DNA of 64,000 nt from an uncultured Holophaga sp. (GTDB lineage Bacteria; Acidobacteriota; Holophagae; Holophagales; Holophagaceae): the NCBI GenBank assembly GCA_963677305.1, contig OY781925.1:2878783-2942782 (forward strand), written 5' to 3'. This document shows, in pieces, positions 57,715 through 64,000 of this stretch. Numbering within the stretch: position 1 is the first letter of the stretch; each line of letters starts with the position of its first letter. The translations under genes and the position numbers were made by a program. Below the pieces are notes generated by a model that was not told the origin of the DNA, ran no database searches, and saw only the letters and a list, made by a program, of their open reading frames with translations.

Positions 57715-59037
57715 ATGTCCGACACACGCCGGGTCCTCATCCTGGGAGCCGCGGGACGCGACTTCCACAACTTCAATCTCTGCTTCCGGCAGGATCCCCG
57801 GTACCGGGTGGTGGCCTTCACCGCAGCCCAGATCCCCGATATCGCCGGGCGGGCCTATCCCCCAGAGTTGGCGGGTCCCCTCTATCCCGAGGGCATCCCC
57901 ATCTTCGAGGAGAGCCGCCTCGAGGAGGTCATCGAGCGGGAAGGCGTCGGAGTCTGCGTCTTCGCCTACTCGGATGTCACCCACGAGCATGTCATGCACA
58001 TGGCCTCCCGCTGCATCGCCGCCGGAGCAGACTACACGCTCCTGGGGGCCGATCGGACCATGGTCCGGGTGGAGCGCCCGGTGATCGCCGTGACCGCCGT
58101 CCGCACCGGCGCCGGCAAGAGCCAGACGACCCGGGCCATCTCCCGGATCCTCAAGCAGCTCGGACTCCGGGTGGTGGTGGTGCGCCATCCCATGCCCTAT
58201 GGCGACCTCCGCCTGGAGACCTGCCAGCGCTTCGCAGCCTACGGCGATCTGGATAGGGAGAAGTGCACCATCGAGGAGCGGGAGGAATACGAGCCCCACC
58301 TGGACAACGGCTTCGTGGTCTATGCCGGGGTGGACTACGGGGAGATCTTCCGCCGGGCGGCCCTGGAGGCGGATGTGGTGCTCTGGGACGGGGGCAACAA
58401 CGATCTGCCCTTCTGCCGGAGCGACCTCCATATCGTGGTCGCCGACCCCCTGAGACCCGGGCATGAGACGCACTATCACCCGGGGGAGGCCAATTTCCGC
58501 AGGGCGGACCTGATCCTCATCAACAAGTGCGACTCGGCCCAGGAGGCGGACATCCTGGCCATTGAGGCGGCGGCTGCCCGCCTGAACCCCCGGGCCCAGG
58601 TGCTCCGCGCCAACAGTCCGGTGAGCTGCGAACGCCCCGAGACCCTCTCTGGGAAGGCGGCCCTGGTCATCGAGGATGGCCCCACCTTGACCCATGGCAG
58701 CATGGGCTTCGGCGCCGGAGTGGTGGCCTGCCGTGCGGCGGGAGCCGCCCGCATGGTGGATCCCTCCCCCCATGCCGTGGGCTCCATCGCCGAGACCTAC
58801 CGGAGGTACCCCCATGCCCGCGGGGTCCTGCCCGCCATGGGCTATGGTGAACACCAGATCCGGGAATTGGAGGCGACCATCCACGCCACGCCTTGCGAGG
58901 TGGTGGTCTCGGCCACGCCCATCGACATCACCCGGGTCCTGCGGGTGGACAAGCCCATCCTGAGGGTCCGCTACGAGCTGGCAGAGCTGATCCCCGGTGG
59001 ACTGGAGGCCGCGGTTCGGAGGGTCCTGGGCTTCTGA
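57715..59037 (+). CDS. Cyclic 2,3-diphosphoglycerate synthetase-like P-loop protein
   Basis: 440 aa. Rossmann-like N-terminus (RVLILGAAGRDFHNF), P-loop-like VRTGAGKSQTT. Overall resemblance, from memory, to the archaeal/bacterial cPGS family. Assignment tentative. Confidence 0.45.
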   Translation: MSDTRRVLILGAAGRDFHNFNLCFRQDPRYRVVAFTAAQIPDIAGRAYPPELAGPLYPEGIPIFEESRLEEVIEREGVGVCVFAYSDVTHEHVMHMASRCIAAGADYTLLGADRTMVRVERPVIAVTAVRTGAGKSQTTRAISRILKQLGLRVVVVRHPMPYGDLRLETCQRFAAYGDLDREKCTIEEREEYEPHLDNGFVVYAGVDYGEIFRRAALEADVVLWDGGNNDLPFCRSDLHIVVADPLRPGHETHYHPGEANFRRADLILINKCDSAQEADILAIEAAAARLNPRAQVLRANSPVSCERPETLSGKAALVIEDGPTLTHGSMGFGAGVVACRAAGAARMVDPSPHAVGSIAETYRRYPHARGVLPAMGYGEHQIRELEATIHATPCEVVVSATPIDITRVLRVDKPILRVRYELAELIPGGLEAAVRRVLGF

Positions 59038-59193
59038 GCCGCCGGAAAAGAGAACCCGGTTATCGACCCATCTCAGTCTGGCTGAGTTCCAGAAGGATAA
59101 ACTCGGCGGAGGACCGGGCCGGAGCCCTCCCGGCGTCTGGAGTAACATGGCCTCAGCTTCCGGACTCCCCCGGCCATCCCCAGGAGCCACGCC

Positions 59194-59640
59194 ATGCCCG
59201 CCTTTGACATCATGCACCTGCTCACCTGGATCCACTTCGCGGCCCTTGCGGTGGCCATCGGCGGAGCGGTCGCCGCCCTGCTCATCTCCGGGCTGGAGAG
59301 CGCCCAGCCGGAGTTCGCGGGCCTGGCCCCCGCCCTCTGGGCCCGCCAGGTCCGCTGGGGCATCCGCATCGCCTTCATTCTGGGGGTCGTCCTCCTGGCC
59401 GTCGCCGCCAAGGCCGGCATCTGCTACGCCTCCAACCACGCCTTCTACTTCAAGCTGCCCCTGGCTGTCCTCGCCCTGGTGATGGCCGAGTTGGCCCCCA
59501 GGGCCCTGGCCACCGGCCGGAGGGGCGCCGCCCTGCTGGCCCTGGTGCTTCTCCTTCTGGCCAGCTTCGTGGCCATCAACCAGGGGGCCTTCCGACGGCA
59601 CTCTGCACCGGGCGCCGCACCGATGGTCACCCCCCGCTGA
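59194..59640 (+). CDS. Hypothetical integral membrane protein
   Basis: 148 aa, four predicted TM helices (HFAALAVAIGGAVAALLI, IRIAFILGVVLLAVAA, LAVLALVMAELA, LLALVLLLLASFVAI). Confidence 0.4.
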   Translation: MPAFDIMHLLTWIHFAALAVAIGGAVAALLISGLESAQPEFAGLAPALWARQVRWGIRIAFILGVVLLAVAAKAGICYASNHAFYFKLPLAVLALVMAELAPRALATGRRGAALLALVLLLLASFVAINQGAFRRHSAPGAAPMVTPR

Positions 59641-59684
59641 GACCTCTCAGGGGAACTTCACGCGGACGGCGTTCCCCTCCAGCC

Positions 59685-60581
59685 TCAAGCCTGCGCCTCC
59701 AGCCAGGCCAGGAAGCCGGGCAGGGCCGGGTTCGCGCTGTCCCGGCGCCAGACCAGCACCAGCCCCACCCTCGGCACCAAGGGCCCAGGCTCGAAGGCCG
59801 CAAAGCGCCCGGCATTGCGCTCGGCCAGGGGGCGCCCCACCAGGGCGACCCCGCGCCCCAGTTCCACCTGGGTCAGCAGAGCCTCCCAGCTGGAGACCTC
59901 CACCACTTCATGCGGATGGTAACCCTCCAGTTCACAGGCCCGATCCAGCCAAGCCAGTCCCCCGGGGGAGCCCCCCTCCCGCACCCGGACAAGGGGAAGT
60001 CCGGAGCACCCCAGGTCCAGCCGCCCTCCAGCAGCCAGGGGATGGGAACGGGCGAGGACCCAGCGCCCCTCCCGTTCCCCCAGGCTCAGGGACTCGCAAC
60101 CTGGAAGAGAGGACAGCTCAAAGGAGAGAGTGAAGAGCAGGTCCACGGCACTGACAAGGAGCGCCTCCCGGGTCTGCCCCATGGGCAGACGGGAGACATG
60201 GAAGTCGACCCCTGCATGACTCTCCTGGTAATGCCGGATGGCCTGCTGCAGGGGATCGAGGACCATGGCCTCGGGGATGGCCAGACGGATCTGGCAGCCT
60301 CCCCCCACCGCGAGCTGCCGGACCCGGGTCACCGAGTGTTCCAGGAGCTGGAAGAGACCGCGGACCTCCTCGGAGAGGGCGGCTCCTGCGGGGGTCAGGG
60401 TCACCCCCCGATGTCCCCGGCGGAAGAGCGGGAAGCCCAGCTCTGCCTCGAGAAGCGAGATCTGCTTGCTCAGGGGCGGCTGGGAGATGTGGAGCCTGCG
60501 GGCCGCCTCGGTGTAGCTCAGGCAATCCGCCACCGCGAGGAAATACCTCAGCTGGGCCAGGCTCAGGTTGGGTCGGAACAC
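59685..60581 (-). CDS. LysR family transcriptional regulator (copy 2, GTG start)
   Basis: HTH LSLAQLRYFLAVADCLSYTEAARRLHISQPPLSKQISLLEAELG plus LysR substrate-binding domain. GTG at 60581 is preceded by SD GGAGG. Near-duplicate of the upstream LysR. Confidence 0.7.
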   Translation of the reverse strand: MFRPNLSLAQLRYFLAVADCLSYTEAARRLHISQPPLSKQISLLEAELGFPLFRRGHRGVTLTPAGAALSEEVRGLFQLLEHSVTRVRQLAVGGGCQIRLAIPEAMVLDPLQQAIRHYQESHAGVDFHVSRLPMGQTREALLVSAVDLLFTLSFELSSLPGCESLSLGEREGRWVLARSHPLAAGGRLDLGCSGLPLVRVREGGSPGGLAWLDRACELEGYHPHEVVEVSSWEALLTQVELGRGVALVGRPLAERNAGRFAAFEPGPLVPRVGLVLVWRRDSANPALPGFLAWLEAQA

Positions 60582-60597
60582 CTCGCCTCCTCCAGGA

Positions 60598-61500
60598 TCA
60601 GGAAGCCCCGCACGAGGGCGGAAAGCTTGCCAGGAAGGTCCCGAGACAGGGATTGGGATTGCCCTCCTTCCAGGCGAGGAGGAGGCCGACACCGCACCCA
60701 GGGGGCAGATCAAAGGCCTTGAAGCGGTCCGCATTCAGATCCGCCAGGGGGCGGCCCACGATCATCACCCCGTAGCCCAGCTCGACATAGGTCAGGGCAG
60801 AGTCGAAACTGCTCGCTTCCCTGAGACGACGCGGCGAGAAGCCCAGCTCCCGGCAGGTCCGGAGTGCCATCTCGTGCCCCCCCGGACTGAGCTCCCGGTC
60901 GTGGATGATCAGATCCAGCCCTTCCAGGTCGCTGGAGTCCAGGCCCTCTCTGGAGGCCAGGGGGTGATCCCGGGAGACGATCCAGCAGCCCGGACGCTCT
61001 GCCAGGAGCCTCCAGGCGCAACCGGGCAGGCTCCCCTGCTCGAAACCCAGGGTCATCAGGAGGTCCGCCGCCCCCGTCAGCAGGGCCTCCCGGGCTTGCT
61101 TGAGATCATGGCGCTCCACCTGGAAGCGGATCCCCGGGTGGGCCACGGTGAAGCGGCGGATCAGGTTCAGGAGCCCATCCAGCACCATGGCCTGGGGGAG
61201 GGCCAGGCGAAGGCAGCCCTCCCCCCCGGCCGACAGGTCCCGGGAGCGCAGTACAGCCCCCTCCAGCTGGGCGAAGAAGGCCCGGACATCCTCGGCGAAG
61301 ACGGCCCCCGGCGGGGTCAGGGAGACCCCGCGGTGCTCCCGGCGGAAGAGCTGGACCCCCAGCTCGGCCTCCAGATGGGCCACCTGCTTGCTCAGGGGGG
61401 GCTGGGAGATGTTCAGCCTCCGCGCAGCCTCGGTATAGCTCAGGCAGTCTGCCACCGCCAGAAAGTACCGGAGCTGGGTCAGGCTGAGGTTGAGGAGCAT
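60598..61500 (-). CDS. LysR family transcriptional regulator (copy 1)
   Basis: 300 aa, HTH LSLTQLRYFLAVADCLSYTEAARRLNISQPPLSKQVAHLEAELG plus substrate-binding domain. Confidence 0.8.
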   Translation of the reverse strand: MLLNLSLTQLRYFLAVADCLSYTEAARRLNISQPPLSKQVAHLEAELGVQLFRREHRGVSLTPPGAVFAEDVRAFFAQLEGAVLRSRDLSAGGEGCLRLALPQAMVLDGLLNLIRRFTVAHPGIRFQVERHDLKQAREALLTGAADLLMTLGFEQGSLPGCAWRLLAERPGCWIVSRDHPLASREGLDSSDLEGLDLIIHDRELSPGGHEMALRTCRELGFSPRRLREASSFDSALTYVELGYGVMIVGRPLADLNADRFKAFDLPPGCGVGLLLAWKEGNPNPCLGTFLASFPPSCGAS

Positions 61501-61507
61501 GGAGGGT

Positions 61508-62731
61508 TCAGAGTTCGATACGAAGGGGCCCCCGGAGGGCCTCCATGACCAGGGCTGCGGGCTTGCCGAGCCGGACCAGTTGGGCCATGACCTTCATATG
61601 GGGATGGATGTGATGGAAGAAGCTCCGGTAATCATCGCACAGGTAGTTGAGCCCCACTTCCCCCTCGGGGGTGTGCAGGAAGCGGTGCTTCGGACACTCG
61701 CCCCGGCAGGCGAACTGCACATCGCATGAGCGGCAGACACCCGGCAGTCCTGCCTTGCGGGAGCCGAAGCCCAGGCGGGCTTCCGCTGCGACCAGAGAGC
61801 TGCAGTCATCCCCCGGAAGCCACCCCAGGCGGTACCCCGGATAGACATAGTGGTCGCAGGCATAGACCTCACCGCCCGCCTCCACCACCATGGACTGCCC
61901 GCAGTGCTCAGCGAAGACGCAGACCGTAGCCGGAAGCCCCAGCCAGGCCGTCAGGGCCCACTCGAAGTTCATCACGAAGACCTGCCCCACATCCCGACAC
62001 ACCCAGGCATCGAAGATCTGCCTCAGGAAGGCCCCGTAGACCCCAGTGGGGACGGACCAGGGGGCCATGCGGAATCCGCCCTGCCCCAGGGTCTCCGGAG
62101 TGCCATGGCGGTATCCGCCGCGGGTCTCCCCGGCATCGGGAAGGCGCTCCACCACCGGGCTGAACTGGATGTGGCGGATCCCCTGGCGCACGAAGAAGTC
62201 GTACACCTCGGCCCCTTTCCCCGCCGAGGTGGAGCCCACGCAGCAGAGGATGTTGAAGGGGATCCCGGCCCCCTTCACCCGCTCCAAGGCGGCCATGACC
62301 CGGGCAAAGGTGCCCTGCCTCTGGCGGTCCCGGCGATGGGCGTCGTGGACCGCCTCCGGGCCGTCCAGACTGATGCCCAGAGAGAAGCCCTTCTCCCTCA
62401 GAAAGGCGCACCAGGCCTCGTCCAGGAGGAGCCCGTTGGTCTGGATGGCGTTGGCGATCGTCTTCCCCCCGGCGTAGCGGGCCTGGAGGGCCAGGGCCCG
62501 GCGGTAGAAGTCGATCCCCGCCAGGAGGGGCTCGCCCCCCTGCCACACGAAGGAGACCTCCGGGGCCGCCGTCCCTTCGATGGTGGACCGGACATAGGCC
62601 TCCAGCACCTCATCGGACATGACCCGATGCCCCGGGTGCAGGGCCGCCTTTTCCAGATAGAAGCAGTAGGAGCAGTCCAGGTTGCAGGCCGCCCCGCAGG
62701 GCTTGGCCATCAGATGGAGGGAAGGGGCCAT
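61508..62731 (-). CDS. Anaerobic sulfatase-maturating enzyme (radical SAM, SPASM domain)
   Basis: Radical-SAM CNLDCSYC near the N-terminus, HLMAKPCGAAC typical of anSME, and C-terminal Cys clusters (CRSCDVQFACRGECPKH) for the auxiliary Fe-S (SPASM) domain. Confidence 0.85.
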   Translation of the reverse strand: MAPSLHLMAKPCGAACNLDCSYCFYLEKAALHPGHRVMSDEVLEAYVRSTIEGTAAPEVSFVWQGGEPLLAGIDFYRRALALQARYAGGKTIANAIQTNGLLLDEAWCAFLREKGFSLGISLDGPEAVHDAHRRDRQRQGTFARVMAALERVKGAGIPFNILCCVGSTSAGKGAEVYDFFVRQGIRHIQFSPVVERLPDAGETRGGYRHGTPETLGQGGFRMAPWSVPTGVYGAFLRQIFDAWVCRDVGQVFVMNFEWALTAWLGLPATVCVFAEHCGQSMVVEAGGEVYACDHYVYPGYRLGWLPGDDCSSLVAAEARLGFGSRKAGLPGVCRSCDVQFACRGECPKHRFLHTPEGEVGLNYLCDDYRSFFHHIHPHMKVMAQLVRLGKPAALVMEALRGPLRIEL

Positions 62732-62806
62732 GGAGATCCTCGCTCGCAAAACCCGGTGGCCGCAGGCACGGCCACCGGGAGATCAGTCACAGTCTGTCAG
62801 ACCGGG

Positions 62807-64000
62807 TCAGTGGCCCTGGGGAGGGGCCCCCTGGGGCCCGCCGGGGCGGGGACCCATGGGCTTGATGTCCACCACCATATCGCTCATCCGGCCTGTGAAG
62901 GGAAACTCCCCCTTCCCTTCATAGTCACTGCAGGTGGGGATGTTGACATCCCTGCCCACACAGAAGGGGTCGAAGGTGCAGAGCGCCTTGAAGGTCTTGG
63001 GCAGGGTCACCTCACCCGCAGGGCGCCCGTCGATGGCCAGCCGCCCGATCCCCTGGAAGAGGCCCGTGGGCTGGAAGGTGTAGCTCAGGGTGGACTTGCC
63101 CAGGGGCACCTTCTCGGTGGAGACCGCGCGGAAGTGCTCCCCGAAGAAGTTGTAGTCGTAGATCAGCCGATCACCCTTGATGTACAGGGTGTAGCCACCG
63201 GCGTGATCGCCCATGGCCACCAGCACGCCCTCATCCTTGGCGCTTTGGCGCTCCACGGTGGTGGTGAAGCTGTAGGCGCGGTTGTTGAGCTGGGGTGCGG
63301 CTGCGATGGAGATGGGCCCCATCTTCGGGCTATAGCTGAAATGATTGCGGGCAGAAGGGGCATAGGCGGGCACGAAGTTCATGTCCCTCACCCCGAGCTC
63401 CGCCAGATGGGCACCGTGGGCTGCCGCCTCGGAGGCCCAGAGCTGCTTGAGGGCCTCGAGCCTGGCCGGCTCCTGGGCCGCCAGGTTCCGGGATTCAGAG
63501 TAGTCCTCGCTCACGTGGTAGAGCTCCCAGACGTCCTGGTCGAAGGAGGTCCCCTTCTGGTGAGTGGCGATGGCCTTCCAGCCATCCTGGTAGATGGAGC
63601 GGTTGCCGGCGAAGAGGTAATACTGCAGGTGGTGGCCGGTGTCGGCCTTGGCGTCGGTGAAGGTGCCGGTGAGGCTCTTGCCGTCCATGGGCATCTGCTC
63701 GATGCCATTGAAGGTGGCAGGTGCCTTCAGGTGGAGGGCATCCAGGATGGTGGGGGTGATGTCGGTGATATGGGCGTACTGGGTCCGCACCTGACCGGCC
63801 CCCTGGAGCCTGCCGGGCCAGGAGACGATGAGGGGGGTGCGGACGCCCCCGGCGTAGACATCACCCTTGTATTCAGGGAAGGGGGTGTTGCCCGCCATGG
63901 CCCAACCTTGGGGATAGAGGGCCTCCATCTTCGGAGTACCGATCTCGTCGATGCGGGGCAGGAGCTCAGCCACGGTCTGGGGGGTGAAGCTGAACCACTT
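62807..64000 (-). CDS. Arylsulfatase-family protein, C-terminal part (gene continues beyond window end)
   Basis: Sulfatase C-terminal domain pattern (YAGGVRTPLIVSWPG, YAHITDITPTILDALHL). Reading frame stays open upstream of 63973 (the track start is a GTG). The N-terminal FGly-motif region must lie outside the window. Confidence 0.8.
   Translation of the reverse strand, partial: KWFSFTPQTVAELLPRIDEIGTPKMEALYPQGWAMAGNTPFPEYKGDVYAGGVRTPLIVSWPGRLQGAGQVRTQYAHITDITPTILDALHLKAPATFNGIEQMPMDGKSLTGTFTDAKADTGHHLQYYLFAGNRSIYQDGWKAIATHQKGTSFDQDVWELYHVSEDYSESRNLAAQEPARLEALKQLWASEAAAHGAHLAELGVRDMNFVPAYAPSARNHFSYSPKMGPISIAAAPQLNNRAYSFTTTVERQSAKDEGVLVAMGDHAGGYTLYIKGDRLIYDYNFFGEHFRAVSTEKVPLGKSTLSYTFQPTGLFQGIGRLAIDGRPAGEVTLPKTFKALCTFDPFCVGRDVNIPTCSDYEGKGEFPFTGRMSDMVVDIKPMGPRPGGPQGAPPQGH

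Noticed and set aside
55165-59601. 816-aa plus-strand and 657-aa minus-strand shadow ORFs over the DUF748 and cPGS-like genes
   Set aside because: Same GC-rich antisense artefact pattern; rich in Gly/Gln/Glu/Pro/His runs.
1-64000. Search for transposases, integrases, phage genes, CRISPR arrays and toxin-antitoxin pairs
   Set aside because: No ORF with recognisable transposase or integrase motifs, and no direct or inverted terminal repeats. The only tRNA (Val) has no adjacent integrase. The window appears to be stable chromosomal backbone.

Overview
High-GC (~68%) bacterial chromosomal segment whose gene content suggests an Acidobacteriota/Holophagae-like organism; this assignment is inference. 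The gene content pointing that way includes a TonB-dependent receptor-like protein with an N-terminal carboxypeptidase-regulatory-like domain, a eukaryotic-type NADP-IDH and a giant Ser/Thr-kinase-AAA-TPR protein. The window is densely coding and mostly chromosomal backbone. I found no transposase, integrase, CRISPR array or recognisable phage-defence or toxin-antitoxin module.

Recognisable genes and operons:
- a TCA operon (aconitase, isocitrate dehydrogenase, citrate synthase)
- amtB-glnK followed by a TorF-family porin
- rpsF-rpsR
- a MarR regulator and a Crp/Fnr regulator
- efp and a tRNA-Val(CAC)
- transketolase
- two GT9 heptosyltransferases
- MiaB
- EttA
- an anaerobic-sulfatase-maturase / sulfatase pair behind two tandem, duplicated LysR genes

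Many long ORFs in the six-frame track are antisense or alternate-frame artefacts typical of high-GC DNA and were not called.

Candidates worth a second look:
1. A four-gene co-directional block: a Trp-rich membrane protein, a RomR-like response regulator (receiver, Pro-rich linker with a PEPEPE repeat, acidic tail), a 216-aa unknown protein and a TonB-dependent receptor-like outer-membrane protein.
2. A tightly overlapping minus-strand cluster CYTH-GNAT-PlsC-like acyltransferase-agmatinase-unknown-tRNA-Val-efp, in which EF-P carries Asn at the normally modified Lys/Arg loop tip.
3. A 4-oxalocrotonate-tautomerase-like N-terminus fused to a winged-helix-like C-terminus.
4. An apparent -1 frameshift splitting the kinase-AAA-TPR gene.
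5. The tandem LysR duplication.
6. A 780-bp divergent control region upstream of amtB containing an AT-rich island with repeated palindromic CAAATTTG motifs.
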